Positions 13,325-23,772 of a stretch of DNA of 34,351 bases are shown piece after piece (position 1 is the first letter of the stretch; the number at the start of each line of letters is the position of its first letter). A program made the translations under genes and the position numbers. Source of the stretch: a virus (lineage: Duplodnaviria; Caudoviricetes); the IMG/VR virus record IMGVR_UViG_3300016652_000410, positions 1 to 34,351 of that record, one strand, 5' to 3'. The notes under the pieces were generated by a model. The model ran no database searches and was not told the DNA's origin. It saw only the letters and a list, made by a program, of their open reading frames with translations.

Positions 13325-15355
13325 ATGCACACGGAATTTCCTGACGGTGCAGAGGTATACCGTGAGGCTTATTTCCGTGGACTGCGCCCCGATCCAGACC
13401 TTTGGATCGACGAATGGGCCGACGAGTACATGCGAATCCCGCGTGACACCGGTGCCCCTGAACCCGGCCAGTACCGCACCTCACGGACACCTTATGCCCG
13501 CGAGCCTATGCGCTGCCTGTCGCCGGCTCACCCTTGCAGACGCGTGGTCACCATGGTGGCCTCGCAGTTGATGAAAACCCAGATCGCCCTGAACTGGATG
13601 GGCGGCCTGATCCACATGGCGCCGTCTAACATCTTGGCACTGCTGCCGAGCCTGAGCCTGTCCAAGCGGGTTTCCGGGCGAATCAGCAAGACCATCAAAG
13701 CGACGCCGGTTCTGCGCGAGCGAGTGGCTGCTACCCGTTCGCGGGATGCACGTAACACGATGGACACCAAGGAGTTCGAGGGCGGCTCGCTGTACGTCAC
13801 CACCGCCGGTTCTGCGGCCAACTTATCGGAGCTGTCGGCGCGTTACATTTACGGCGATGAGGTTGATCGCTGGGAGAACGATGTCGGCCAGGAAGGGGAT
13901 CCCATCCGACTGGCGGAGACGCGAGCGACCAACTTCGGCCGCAACGCCAAGATCTATTTTTCCAGTTCGCCAACGATCAAGGGTGCTTCGCGAATCGCGG
14001 ATCTGTTCGAGTCCAGCGACCAGCGCCACTACTACGTGCCTTGCCCACATTGTGGACACATGCAGGTACTTGAGTGGGAAAACCTACTCTACTCGGCCGA
14101 TTTCAGCGTCGTGCATTACAAGTGCGCGGCGTCGGGTCTGGATTGTGACGTTCTGATCGAGGAGCACCACAAGAGCGACATGCTCGCCCGCGGCGAATGG
14201 CGCGCTCATGCGGGTGGTGACGGCAAAACTGTTGGCTTTCATCTCAACGCACTGTACTCGCCGACCGGTTGGATGGACTGGGGATCGCTTGCCATTGAGT
14301 TTGAAGACGCCAAGAAAGCCCAAGCCCAAGGCGACACAAGCCTGATGCAGGTGTTCTACAACACCCGTCTGGCCAAGGTCTGGGATAGCGCACTCGAACA
14401 GACCAAAGCGGAAGTGCTGATTGCTCGGGCGCGGCTGGAGAATTACACCCTCGGAACGATGCCGGCAGGGGTGCTGATGCTGACCGGCGCCGTCGACGTT
14501 CAGGCCAACCGCCTGGAGTTGATGGTGATGGGATTCGGTGTCGGCATGGAGCGCTGGGTGGTCGATCACCAGATCATCTGGGGCGATCCGGCAGACGACC
14601 GCACCTGGGCGGTACTGGACGAGAAACTTAAGGCGCGTTACCGACATCCTTGCGGTGTCGGCCTGGCGATTCTCGCCGTCGGCGTCGACTCCGGCGGTCA
14701 TCACACCGATGAGGTCTACCAGTTCTGCCGCGTTCGCCGCTGGCGCAACATCTTTGCCATCAAGGGTGCGAGTAAGCCGGGGCGACCGGTGATTGCACAG
14801 CGCCCGTCCATGGTCGACGTGACATGGAAAGGACAGACCGAACGCAACGGCGCCGAGCTGTGGTTTGTCGGTACCGATACCGCTAAAGACTGGATCTACA
14901 ACCGCTACCCATTCCCGGACGGTCCGGGTTCGCTGCACTTTGCCAACGACCTGCCGGACGAGTTCTTCGCCCAGTGCGTCGCCGAACGCAAAGTCGTGCG
15001 GTACGTTCGGGGTCACAAGCGCATCGAATGGGTGAAGGGCAAGGCTGAGCGCAACGAAGCGCTCGACCTGATGGTGTACTGCCTCGCGATGGCGCATTAC
15101 CTCGGCATCAACCGCTACCAGGAACACGATTGGGACAGGGTGCGACAAGCCCTGGCCCAGTCCGGCTTGTTCGACGACGCCTTGGGCATCAAGCCTGTTC
15201 AGGGCGAGCGAATTGATGGCGAACAAACCCCAGCGCCTGCTGCAGTGCGTCAGGCTCAGCCCGCATCACCACCCGCTGCACCGGCTGCGCAATCGCGACC
15301 GGCAGCCCCCCCTCAACGCCGTGTTTCCACCAGCGGTTACCTGAAGAGACGCTGA
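13325..15355 (+). CDS. terL: Terminase large subunit (lambda gpA family)
   Basis: ASQLMKT (gpA-type Walker A), YIYGDEVD, SSPT, YYVPCPHCG, VDSGG, RNEALD. Confidence 0.95.
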   Translation: MHTEFPDGAEVYREAYFRGLRPDPDLWIDEWADEYMRIPRDTGAPEPGQYRTSRTPYAREPMRCLSPAHPCRRVVTMVASQLMKTQIALNWMGGLIHMAPSNILALLPSLSLSKRVSGRISKTIKATPVLRERVAATRSRDARNTMDTKEFEGGSLYVTTAGSAANLSELSARYIYGDEVDRWENDVGQEGDPIRLAETRATNFGRNAKIYFSSSPTIKGASRIADLFESSDQRHYYVPCPHCGHMQVLEWENLLYSADFSVVHYKCAASGLDCDVLIEEHHKSDMLARGEWRAHAGGDGKTVGFHLNALYSPTGWMDWGSLAIEFEDAKKAQAQGDTSLMQVFYNTRLAKVWDSALEQTKAEVLIARARLENYTLGTMPAGVLMLTGAVDVQANRLELMVMGFGVGMERWVVDHQIIWGDPADDRTWAVLDEKLKARYRHPCGVGLAILAVGVDSGGHHTDEVYQFCRVRRWRNIFAIKGASKPGRPVIAQRPSMVDVTWKGQTERNGAELWFVGTDTAKDWIYNRYPFPDGPGSLHFANDLPDEFFAQCVAERKVVRYVRGHKRIEWVKGKAERNEALDLMVYCLAMAHYLGINRYQEHDWDRVRQALAQSGLFDDALGIKPVQGERIDGEQTPAPAAVRQAQPASPPAAPAAQSRPAAPPQRRVSTSGYLKRR

Positions 15356-15356
15356 T

Positions 15357-15563
15357 ATGTCCTTTACTCAAAAACACCTCGACGCCATTGAGCGCGCCAT
15401 TGCGCGTGGCGAAAAGACCGTGCGCTACAGCGACCGAACGGTGGAATACCGCGACGTCGACGAACTGCTCCGCGCCCGTGAAGAAATCCGTAGTTCGCTC
15501 ACCAGTGCTGCCAGTCCCCGCTCGCGGGTTGTGCGGCTCAGTCATGGAGGCAAGGGAATCTGA
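15357..15563 (+). CDS. Head-tail joining protein (gpW-like)
   Basis: 68 aa, GEKTVRYSDRTVEYR, between terL and portal as in lambda. Confidence 0.85.
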   Translation: MSFTQKHLDAIERAIARGEKTVRYSDRTVEYRDVDELLRAREEIRSSLTSAASPRSRVVRLSHGGKGI

Positions 15564-17047
15564 TGGCTCGACAATTCCCGGCGCTCTCACGTAGCGGATT
15601 CTTGCTGCCATCGAACATCAAGGCCAGTTACGAAGGCGCCGGGGAGGGTCGCCGATCGGCTAGCTGGGACGCCACCGACGATGGTATCAACAGCATCAAC
15701 ACCCCGGCGTTACGCAACCTGCGTGCCCGTTCACGGGCGGCGGTGCGCAATGACCCGTATGCGGCCAACGCTATCAACAAACGGGTCAGCAACCTGATCG
15801 GCACCGGCATCACGCCACGCCCAAAGGTAAAAGACGAAGAACTGCGCAACCTGCTGCAGGAATTGTGGGACGACTTTGCCGACGAGTCGGACGCCGACGG
15901 TCTCTGCGACTTCTACGGCCAGCAGGCGCTGGTGGCTCGCACGGTGGAAACGGCAGGCGAGTGCTTTGTGCGCTTGCGTCCGCGCAGTCTGGACGAAGGT
16001 CTGGTGGTGCCGCTGCAGCTGCAGACCCTGGCACCGGAGTTCGTGCCGCACGACAAGTTCGAGATGACCAAGACCGGCAACATCATCCGCGCCGGGATCG
16101 AGTTCAACCCGGCCGGCAAGCGCGTGGCCTACTGGATGTACCGCTCGCACCCGCGTGATGCGTCGTCGCTCAACAACGGCTACAACCAACTGGTCCGCGT
16201 ACCTGCCAGCCAGGTGTTGCACATCTTCGAACCGTTGGAACCGGGGCAGTTGCGTGGCGTGCCACGCATGTCACCGGTGCTCAAGCGCCTGCGCAGTCTT
16301 GATAACTACGACGATGCGGTGCTGTTCCGGCAGGAGGTTTCCAACCTGTTCGCTGGCTTCATCAAACGCCGGTCGCCAGACGTGGGGCAAGCGCCGCGTG
16401 ACCCGGTTACCGGCCAACTGATCACCGCTGATCGCGACGGCTTCACACCGATGGTCGCACTCGAACCCGGCACGATGCAGGAGCTGGGCGCAGGTGAGGA
16501 GGTCGAGTTCTCCAAACCACCGGACGCCGGCAACAACTACCCGGACTTCATGCGTCAGCAACTGATGGCAGCGGCAGCGGGGACCGACACCCCCTACGAG
16601 ATCCTCACCGGCGACATGAAAGGCATCAACGACCGTGCGCTGCGCGTCGTGCTCAACGAGTTCCGGCGCCGCCTCGAACAACTGCAATTCAACGTCTACA
16701 TCCATCAGCTTTGCCGGCCGGTCCGCGCTGCTTGGCTCGACATGGCGGTATTGAGCGGCGTGATCGAGTTGCCGGACTACGCCAAGCGTCGTCGCGAATT
16801 TCTGCGCACGCGCTGGGTGCCTCAAGGGTGGGCCTACATCCAGCCGGTGCAGGACGTGCAGGCGCGAATGCTTGAGGTCAATGCCGGATTCGGTTCGCGC
16901 AGTGAGATGTGTCTGCGCACCGGTTATGACTCCGAAACAGTCGACGCGGAAAACGCCGCCGACGCTCAACGTGCCCGCGACCTGGGCCTCAATTACCGAA
17001 CGCTCGTCGAGGTTGATAGTGAACACGACGATCAGGAGAAACCATGA
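15563..17047 (+). CDS. Portal protein, lambda family
   Basis: LRARSRAAVRNDPYA, GECFVR, PGQLRGVP, YEILTGD. Confidence 0.93.
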   Translation: MARQFPALSRSGFLLPSNIKASYEGAGEGRRSASWDATDDGINSINTPALRNLRARSRAAVRNDPYAANAINKRVSNLIGTGITPRPKVKDEELRNLLQELWDDFADESDADGLCDFYGQQALVARTVETAGECFVRLRPRSLDEGLVVPLQLQTLAPEFVPHDKFEMTKTGNIIRAGIEFNPAGKRVAYWMYRSHPRDASSLNNGYNQLVRVPASQVLHIFEPLEPGQLRGVPRMSPVLKRLRSLDNYDDAVLFRQEVSNLFAGFIKRRSPDVGQAPRDPVTGQLITADRDGFTPMVALEPGTMQELGAGEEVEFSKPPDAGNNYPDFMRQQLMAAAAGTDTPYEILTGDMKGINDRALRVVLNEFRRRLEQLQFNVYIHQLCRPVRAAWLDMAVLSGVIELPDYAKRRREFLRTRWVPQGWAYIQPVQDVQARMLEVNAGFGSRSEMCLRTGYDSETVDAENAADAQRARDLGLNYRTLVEVDSEHDDQEKP

Positions 17048-18186
17048 AACCGCCGTTCACTCTACGAATCTTCAACAAACTGGACGGGCAACTGCCCGTG
17101 CAAGACAAACACTGGTACAGCCTCCGGGCCAGCGGTGAAGCCGAACAGCGCACTATCGAGGTGTATGTCTACGGCGAGATCGGCACCTGGGGTATTACGG
17201 CCAATCAGTTCGTGCGTGACCTAGCCGCGCTGGATGACGGAACTTCACCGATTGTAGTGGCGTTCAACAGCATCGGCGGCGACCTGTTTGACGGTCTGGC
17301 CATTCATAACGCTCTGTCGCGTCTGGGTGAGCGCTGCACCGGTCGTGTCGATGCCCTGGCAGCCAGTGCCGCGAGCGTTGCAGTCTGCGGCGCTCATCGG
17401 GTGGTAATCGCGGAAAACGCCGCACTGATGATCCACAACCCGTGGACTTATGCCTCGGGTGATGCCGAGGATATGCGCAAGGTAGCGACCGCTTTGGATC
17501 AAGCGCTGGAGCTCATCATCACGGCCTACAAGGCCAAGGCGCCGGATATCGACGACGTAGAGTTGCGGCGCCTGGTCAATGCAGAAACCTGGCTGACGGC
17601 TCGCGAAGCGGTGGCCCTCGGATTGGCCGATGAAGTCGGCGACGGTGTGCAAATCAAGGCGTGTCTGGGGCAGGGCACGGTCATGCAGAAATACCAGCGC
17701 ACGCCCCAGGCGCTGCTGGATCTGCTCAACGAACCCACGAAACCGACCGAGCCGGTGGTCGACAAGCCTGAGCCATCGGCACCTGGTGCGGATGCAACGG
17801 CGCTGGCTCTGCTGATTACCCAGTCATGCACTCAGGCCGGTATCAGTAACTTGATCGAACCGCTGATTGCAGCGACCAAGCTAGTTGACGAAGCGACTGT
17901 GCAGGCCGCGATCACCCAGGCCAAGTCGATCCGCGATCTGTGCGTTGCTGCCCGGCTGCCAGAGTTTGCGGTGGAGTTTGTACAGGCCGGACTGGACACC
18001 GGTGCCGTGCGTACGCGGCTCTTCGACAAAGTCGTAGGGAAGGGCGGGGGCTTCGAGATCGACAACAGTCTGCCGCAGAACGAAGACCCGGCTCCAAAAA
18101 ATCAAGCCAAACAACCCGATCCGCCGTCGATTTGGGCGGCACGTCAGGCCGCTCAATCTCAAGCCTTTAAAGGAGCAAGACCATGA
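17044..18186 (+). CDS. ClpP-like head maturation protease with scaffold-like C-terminus
   Basis: NSIGGDLFDG, LAASAAS, MIHNPW, ETWLTAREAVALGLAD. Confidence 0.92.
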   Translation: MKPPFTLRIFNKLDGQLPVQDKHWYSLRASGEAEQRTIEVYVYGEIGTWGITANQFVRDLAALDDGTSPIVVAFNSIGGDLFDGLAIHNALSRLGERCTGRVDALAASAASVAVCGAHRVVIAENAALMIHNPWTYASGDAEDMRKVATALDQALELIITAYKAKAPDIDDVELRRLVNAETWLTAREAVALGLADEVGDGVQIKACLGQGTVMQKYQRTPQALLDLLNEPTKPTEPVVDKPEPSAPGADATALALLITQSCTQAGISNLIEPLIAATKLVDEATVQAAITQAKSIRDLCVAARLPEFAVEFVQAGLDTGAVRTRLFDKVVGKGGGFEIDNSLPQNEDPAPKNQAKQPDPPSIWAARQAAQSQAFKGARP

Positions 18187-18527
18187 CTATCAAACGCGAA
18201 CCGATGCATGCAGGTGAGTTCCTGCTGTCCGAGGGCGCCGGTACCATCTCGCGAGAAGCAATCAACGTTGCTGCCGGTCACGCACTGGAGCCGGGTCAGA
18301 TCCTCGGCCTAGTAACCGCGAGCAGTGAGTTCGCCCCGTATAACCCCACTGCCGAAGATGGCACGGAAAACGCCATCGCCATTCTCTACGGCCCGCTCGG
18401 TGAGTCAGATGTCGTTCGTCGCGGGCGCGCCGTAGTGCGGTTGGCCGAAGTCAGCGAAGCACACCTGACCGGCCTGGATCTGGCCGCCGAGAAAGCACTT
18501 GCCACTCATTTCGTGATCGTCCGCTAA
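18183..18527 (+). CDS. Head decoration protein
   Basis: 114 aa between protease and major capsid; GEFLLSE...SREAINV...GQILG pattern. Confidence 0.8.
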   Translation: MTIKREPMHAGEFLLSEGAGTISREAINVAAGHALEPGQILGLVTASSEFAPYNPTAEDGTENAIAILYGPLGESDVVRRGRAVVRLAEVSEAHLTGLDLAAEKALATHFVIVR

Positions 18528-18589
18528 GTCGATCCTTCTTTTATATGCATCTCGCCGCGTGCGGGATTTTTCGTTTCTGGAGAGTACCC

Positions 18590-19585
18590 ATGGCCGATAT
18601 CGCAATTTTTGACGACGAAGCATTTAGCGTCGATTCGCTGACCGCTGCACTCAACGATCAGCCTTACTTGCCCGGGCGCATCAGCGCGCTGGGGCTGTTT
18701 CGCGAGGAAGGCATCACCACCCTGACCGTTCAGATTGAAAAGGACGGCGACACCCTGGCCCTGGTGCCGGCTGGTGAGCGTGGCACATCCGGTCTGGTGG
18801 TTGCAGGCAGCAAGCGCAACCTGATCCCGTTCAACACCGTGCACCTGCCGGAGCGCTTCACGATCAAGGCCGACGAGATTCAAGGCATCCGTGCATTCGG
18901 TACTCGTACTGAGTTGCAGGCAGTGCAGGACGTGGTCAATGCACGTCTGGCCAAGGCGCGGCGCCAGTTGGACGCCACGCACGAATTCCAGCGCATGGGT
19001 GCATTGAATGGCCAGATCCTTGATGCCGATGGGAAGACCGTACTGCTGGACCTCTATGACCGCTTCGGTGTGGATCGTCAGAAACTGTCCATGGGGTTGG
19101 CAGATTCGAGCACTGAACTGCGGGTTAAGTGCGGTGAAGCCCTGGACATGCAGGAAGACGCGCTCGGCAGTGTGACTAGCACCGGATCTCGCGCTTTCTG
19201 CGGCAAGAACTTCTGGAACAAGCTGATCGTTCACAAGTCGGTCAAGGAGACCTACCTCAACAGCCAGCAGGCAGCAGCCCTGCGCGGTGATGCTCGTGAG
19301 AGCTTCGAGTTCGGCGGCATCATCTGGGAGCGTTACCGTGGCAAAGTGGCCGGTGTGTCGTTCGTGCACGACGACAAGGCGCTGCTGATTCCCGAAGGCG
19401 TGCCGGATCTTTACATCTCGGTGTTTGCACCCGCTGACTACATGGAAACGGTCAACACCCAGGGTATTCCTTACTACAGCATGATTGAACCATTGCCGTT
19501 CAAGAAAGGCATGGCCGGTGAAGCCCAGTCCAACCCGCTGCACCTTTGCACGCGACCTCGGGCGCAGATCCTGCTGGAACTCTGA
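18590..19585 (+). CDS. Major capsid protein (lambda E family)
   Basis: ATG at 18590 after TGGAG; LGLFREEGI, THEFQRMGAL, FAPADYMETVNT, QSNPLHLCTRP. Confidence 0.92.
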   Translation: MADIAIFDDEAFSVDSLTAALNDQPYLPGRISALGLFREEGITTLTVQIEKDGDTLALVPAGERGTSGLVVAGSKRNLIPFNTVHLPERFTIKADEIQGIRAFGTRTELQAVQDVVNARLAKARRQLDATHEFQRMGALNGQILDADGKTVLLDLYDRFGVDRQKLSMGLADSSTELRVKCGEALDMQEDALGSVTSTGSRAFCGKNFWNKLIVHKSVKETYLNSQQAAALRGDARESFEFGGIIWERYRGKVAGVSFVHDDKALLIPEGVPDLYISVFAPADYMETVNTQGIPYYSMIEPLPFKKGMAGEAQSNPLHLCTRPRAQILLEL

Positions 19586-19587
19586 CC

Positions 19588-19908
19588 ATGTCCTTCCGCG
19601 AATTGCTGGAAGACGTCGACGACACCGTGTTCGAAACCCTCGGCGACACGGCTCGGATAGAGGGCTACGACGAGCCGGTGCTGGGCATGTTCGCCGCACC
19701 GTGGTTGCAACCCAAGATGGGCAATACCAGGACGGCGTTGCGTGAACCGAAGTTCGAGATCCGCGTCCGCGATTCGCACGGGCTGAAAAAAGGACTGTTG
19801 GTCAGCGTGGATTTGCCGGCGTTGGACGGCGGTGGAGACTACGACCTGCTGCAGCTGGAGCCTGGTGGTGACGGTCTGGTTGCCTTGATTCTGAGGAAAC
19901 GCCCATGA
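19588..19908 (+). CDS. Head-tail joining (head closure) protein
   Basis: 106 aa from ATG at 19588, directly after the capsid gene; call rests mainly on position. Confidence 0.65.
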   Translation: MSFRELLEDVDDTVFETLGDTARIEGYDEPVLGMFAAPWLQPKMGNTRTALREPKFEIRVRDSHGLKKGLLVSVDLPALDGGGDYDLLQLEPGGDGLVALILRKRP

Positions 19909-20561
19909 GCGTCGGCAGCTACTTCAAACCCTCGGCCGGTGGCGGGATGATCTCATTGCAGACCTCGGCGGCAGACCTAAAAGCCTTTCAGGACTTTGCC
20001 GCCGTGCTGCCAAAAGCAGCGGCCAACGCCCAGCGCCGAGCCATCAACAAAACCCTGCGCTGGCTTGCCACACACATCGCCCGCGCCGTCGGCCGGCAGG
20101 AGCGCATTGCAGTCGCTGCTGTGCGTCAGCGGCTTCGTGCTTACCCGGTCACTGGCGGTGCCAACAGCGGCAAATTGTGGTTTGGCCTCAATGCTATGGA
20201 GGCCAGCCGTATCGGCCGGCCTCGGCAGAGTCGCTCCGGTGTCTCGGTGGCCGGACGGCGCTTTCAGGGCGCGTTCTTCAAGAAGGTCTACGGCAACACC
20301 GCAGACGTCTGGATCCGTACCGGCAGCAAGCACTTCAGGGCGGACGATTATCCTGACAGCGATGTCAGCAGGGCGGTCGGCGCGAGTTCGGGATGGATCG
20401 CCGAACACGACAACCGCTTCCCGCTGGCTAAAGCCAAGGTGTCTCTGGAGCAGGCCCGACCACACTTCGAAAGCTGGGTGCGTAAAGCTGACGAACACTT
20501 GGTGCATGTCCTGCAGCAGGAACTCAATTTCGAAGTGCAGAAGCACTTGAAGGGGAAATGA
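19905..20561 (+). CDS. Minor tail/tail completion protein (lambda Z-like)
   Basis: Basic protein with AQRRAINKTLRW; located between head and tail modules. Confidence 0.7.
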   Translation: MSVGSYFKPSAGGGMISLQTSAADLKAFQDFAAVLPKAAANAQRRAINKTLRWLATHIARAVGRQERIAVAAVRQRLRAYPVTGGANSGKLWFGLNAMEASRIGRPRQSRSGVSVAGRRFQGAFFKKVYGNTADVWIRTGSKHFRADDYPDSDVSRAVGASSGWIAEHDNRFPLAKAKVSLEQARPHFESWVRKADEHLVHVLQQELNFEVQKHLKGK

Positions 20562-20562
20562 C

Positions 20563-21084
20563 GTGATGGATCAAGTCGACGAGCCGTTCAGTCTTGAACA
20601 GCTGTATCACGCCATCGAGCGGCGCATTCAGGAATACTTCCCGGGCCTGCAGACGGTGTCCATGTGGCCGGATGATTTGGATCGCCTACCGCTGCCAGCG
20701 GTGCTGATCGAGCTGGCCGAGATGGAGCCAGGTCTCGATCCGGGAACCGGTGAAACCGGCTTAGCCTGTAAGTTCGAGGCACGGGTGATCACCGATCCCA
20801 TTCAGTCGGATCATCATCAACAGGCGGTGTTCCTGGCGGGCCACCTCGCCGCGTTGCTGCGCATGCAGTGCTGGGGTGTTGAAGTCGAACCGGCTGAGTT
20901 CGTTCAGGCCATGCAGGACTGGACCAAACCCGAACTGGACGGTTATACCGTCTGGGTCGTGGAATGGACACAGCAGATCTACCTCGGTGACGCCGAATGG
21001 CCATGGCCGGATCAGCCACCGGGCACCCTGCTGCTGAACATTGAGCCAGGCGACGGCCCGTTCCGTCCGGAGGATGTTCCATGA
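20563..21084 (+). CDS. Tail terminator/collar-like protein (PA0615-like)
   Basis: Acidic 173 aa, LPAVLIEL...WVVEWTQQIYLG, directly before the spike gene as in R-type tailocins. Confidence 0.65.
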   Translation: MMDQVDEPFSLEQLYHAIERRIQEYFPGLQTVSMWPDDLDRLPLPAVLIELAEMEPGLDPGTGETGLACKFEARVITDPIQSDHHQQAVFLAGHLAALLRMQCWGVEVEPAEFVQAMQDWTKPELDGYTVWVVEWTQQIYLGDAEWPWPDQPPGTLLLNIEPGDGPFRPEDVP

Positions 21085-21668
21085 GTTCCGGTTACGTCGC
21101 GGCTCAGCACGACCGCATGCTCGCCGGCCTGGTCAAGGATTGCTACGTGGTGGCGGTGGATCTGGCCGCGTCACCCCCAGTGTGCAGAGTCTCGGACGGT
21201 GAGTGGGTCAGCGGCTGGGTACGCTGGCACAGCGTTGCAGCTGGCAAGGCGCGGCACTGGCGGGCACCGAGCATCGACGAGCAGGGCACTTTGATCAGTG
21301 CCAGCGGCGATGTAGCGCAGGGCACGTTCATTCCTGGTCTTTACGGCAATGGTGGCCCGCCACCAGACAACCGCGACCACGTCGAGGTCTGGCGTTTCGA
21401 TGATGGAGGCTCACTGGTCTACGACTGGCAGGCCAATAGTTACACCATCACCCTGCCGAGCGGTACGGTCAGCATCAAGGTCGGATCGACCCAGGCCGAA
21501 TTCACCGACAACGCTGTCAGCGTGAAGTCCGGAACGATCAATCTGGAGGGCGCCGTGAACATCAAGGGCCAGGTCAACATCGACGGCCCGCTGCACGCTA
21601 CCCAAAGCATCAACAGCGATGCCGACATTCTGGCCACCGGTCAAAGTGACAATCATCACAAACACTAA
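21081..21668 (+). CDS. Baseplate spike, P2 gpV family
   Basis: WVRWHSVAAGKARHWRAPSIDEQ, FDDGGSLVYD, C-terminal HKH metal-binding tip. Confidence 0.92.
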   Translation: MSSGYVAAQHDRMLAGLVKDCYVVAVDLAASPPVCRVSDGEWVSGWVRWHSVAAGKARHWRAPSIDEQGTLISASGDVAQGTFIPGLYGNGGPPPDNRDHVEVWRFDDGGSLVYDWQANSYTITLPSGTVSIKVGSTQAEFTDNAVSVKSGTINLEGAVNIKGQVNIDGPLHATQSINSDADILATGQSDNHHKH

Positions 21669-21721
21669 CTCAACATCTATTCAGCCCGCCGCGTGCGGCC
21701 TTTTTCATGCCTGGAGTTCTC

Positions 21722-21952
21722 ATGGCCAAACGTCAAGATGAAACAACTGCGTCTGAGTCCACCCCCATCAGCCCAGTGCTGATGCCCATGGCCGTGACCT
21801 TTCGCGACACGCTCTACACCTCGCGCACGGTTGTCCTGCCGGACGGCCGCACGCTCGCAGTGGCGAAGAACAAGGTCACGGTCGATAGCGCCGACGATTT
21901 GGCGTTAAAAACGCTTAAAGCCCATGCCGAGTTCGAGCAACTCAAGGAGTAA
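21722..21952 (+). CDS. Hypothetical protein (76 aa) between V and W
   Basis: TGGAG RBS then ATG at 21722; fills the gap in the tail operon. Confidence 0.7.
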   Translation: MAKRQDETTASESTPISPVLMPMAVTFRDTLYTSRTVVLPDGRTLAVAKNKVTVDSADDLALKTLKAHAEFEQLKE

Positions 21953-21957
21953 ACCCG

Positions 21958-22284
21958 ATGATCGGAATGGATCGCCACACCGGGCAACCCATCTCCGGCA
22001 TTGAGCATTTACGCCAGTCCATCGGGGACATCCTCGGCACGCCATTGGTGAGCCGCCGTGAACGTCCGGAGTACGGCAGCAAACTGCGGCGCATGGTCGA
22101 CCTTCCAGTCAACGAGGGTTGGAAAAGCGCCGTGCAGGCTGAAGCGGCCCGGGCGCTGGGCCGGTGGGAGCCACGTTTGAAGCTGGAACGGGTGCGCGTG
22201 CTGTCAGTGCTGGGCGGCAAAATCAACATACAAGTCAGCGGCGAATACCTCGGTGTGCGCGGCACGTTGGAGGTGTGGGTATGA
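21958..22284 (+). CDS. Baseplate protein W (gp25 family)
   Basis: HLRQSIGDILGTP...RPEYGS...ALGRWEPRL. Confidence 0.92.
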   Translation: MIGMDRHTGQPISGIEHLRQSIGDILGTPLVSRRERPEYGSKLRRMVDLPVNEGWKSAVQAEAARALGRWEPRLKLERVRVLSVLGGKINIQVSGEYLGVRGTLEVWV

Positions 22285-23165
22285 GCACCCTGGTGGATCT
22301 GTCGGAGCTGCCGGCACCGGACGTGCTGGAACCGCTGGATTTTGAAGAAGTGTATGGCGAGGCACTCGACGTATTTCGCGGCCACATGGGAGGGAACTGG
22401 ACGGCCTCTCTGGAAAGTGATCCGGTGACCAAGCTCTTGGAGGTCGCCAGCTACATCAAGCTCGGTAACCGGGCACGGGTTAACGACGCGGCCAAATCGC
22501 AACTGCTGGCCTACGCGACGGGCGCCGATCTGGATCACCTTGCGGCTAACGTCAATCTCAAGCGCTTGGTCATTCAACCTGCCGATCTGCTGGCGGTACC
22601 ACCGGTCGAGGCGGTGATGGAATCACATGATGCTCTGCGCGAGCGTGTGCAACTGGCCTATGAGGGACTGACCACCGCAGGGCCACGTAACAGCTACATC
22701 TTGCACGCACGCAACGCGTCGGCGCTGGTGGCGGATGCCACGGCGGAAAGCCCATCACCTGCCTGTGTGGATGTCACGGTGTTGGGCCTTGAGGGTGACG
22801 GTACGGCCGGCCCTGAATTGTTGAAGCTGGTTGCCACGGCGGTCAATGACGACGATGTGCGCCCGGTGGGGGATCGCGTCACGGTGCGCGGTGCGCAGAT
22901 CCTGCGCTACCGCGTCGACGCCGTACTGCACATGAAAGGTACCGGGCCGGAAAACGACGCCGCGCTTTCCGAGGCGATCAAGCGGCTTGAGGCCTGGATC
23001 AATCCGCGACGCCGCTTGGGCGTCGAGGTGGCGCGCTCTGGCGTCGATGCGCAATTGCACGTTGCCGGTGTGGCTCGCGTGGAGCTGAAGGACTGGTTGG
23101 ATCTCAAGCCGACCAAGGCGCAGGCGGCTTACTGCACCGGCTATTCCGTCGTTTTGGGAGGTTGA
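22281..23165 (+). CDS. Baseplate protein J
   Basis: ATG at 22281; DLSELPAPDVLEPLDFE, LAYATGADLDHL, TTAGP, DDVRPVGDRV. Confidence 0.92.
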   Translation: MSTLVDLSELPAPDVLEPLDFEEVYGEALDVFRGHMGGNWTASLESDPVTKLLEVASYIKLGNRARVNDAAKSQLLAYATGADLDHLAANVNLKRLVIQPADLLAVPPVEAVMESHDALRERVQLAYEGLTTAGPRNSYILHARNASALVADATAESPSPACVDVTVLGLEGDGTAGPELLKLVATAVNDDDVRPVGDRVTVRGAQILRYRVDAVLHMKGTGPENDAALSEAIKRLEAWINPRRRLGVEVARSGVDAQLHVAGVARVELKDWLDLKPTKAQAAYCTGYSVVLGG

Positions 23166-23166
23166 T

Positions 23167-23772
23167 ATGCGCAGTCTTTTGCCGCTCAACAGCACTCCCC
23201 TGGAACGGGGGATCGAGGCGACGTTTGCCGAAGACACGTTGATTCCGTTACGAACCTTATACAACCCTGACACCTGTCCGGTGCACCTGCTGCCGCATCT
23301 GGCCTGGGCCTGGTCGGTCGACCGCTGGGATCCTGCGTGGTCTGAGTCGGTCAAGCGTGCCGCCATCAAGGCGTCGTTCTTTATCCACAAGCACAAGGGC
23401 ACCATCGGTGCCTTGCGTCGAGTGGTCGAGCCGCTGGGCTACCTGATCGAGATCGTGGAATGGTTTAACACGATGCCGCAAGGCGTGCCGGGCACCTTCG
23501 CGCTGAAGGTGGGGGTGCTGGACACGGGCATCACCGAGGAAATGTATCTCGAACTTGAACGCCTGATCGACGACGCCAAGCCCGTCTCCCGGCACCTCAC
23601 TGGGCTGGCAATCAGCCTTGAAACGCAAGGCGACCTTAATGTTGGCGTGAGCCTGTACGACGGCGACGAACTCGACATCTACCCACCTGAAATGCAGGTC
23701 ATCGACATAACCGGCACCTTCGGCGTGGTCGGTCGCGAACACACCATAGACACTCTGGATATCTATTCATGA
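23167..23772 (+). CDS. Tail protein I
   Basis: SLLPLNSTPLE, LLPHLAWAWSVDRW, HKHKGTIGAL, IDDAKPVSRHL. Confidence 0.92.
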   Translation: MRSLLPLNSTPLERGIEATFAEDTLIPLRTLYNPDTCPVHLLPHLAWAWSVDRWDPAWSESVKRAAIKASFFIHKHKGTIGALRRVVEPLGYLIEIVEWFNTMPQGVPGTFALKVGVLDTGITEEMYLELERLIDDAKPVSRHLTGLAISLETQGDLNVGVSLYDGDELDIYPPEMQVIDITGTFGVVGREHTIDTLDIYS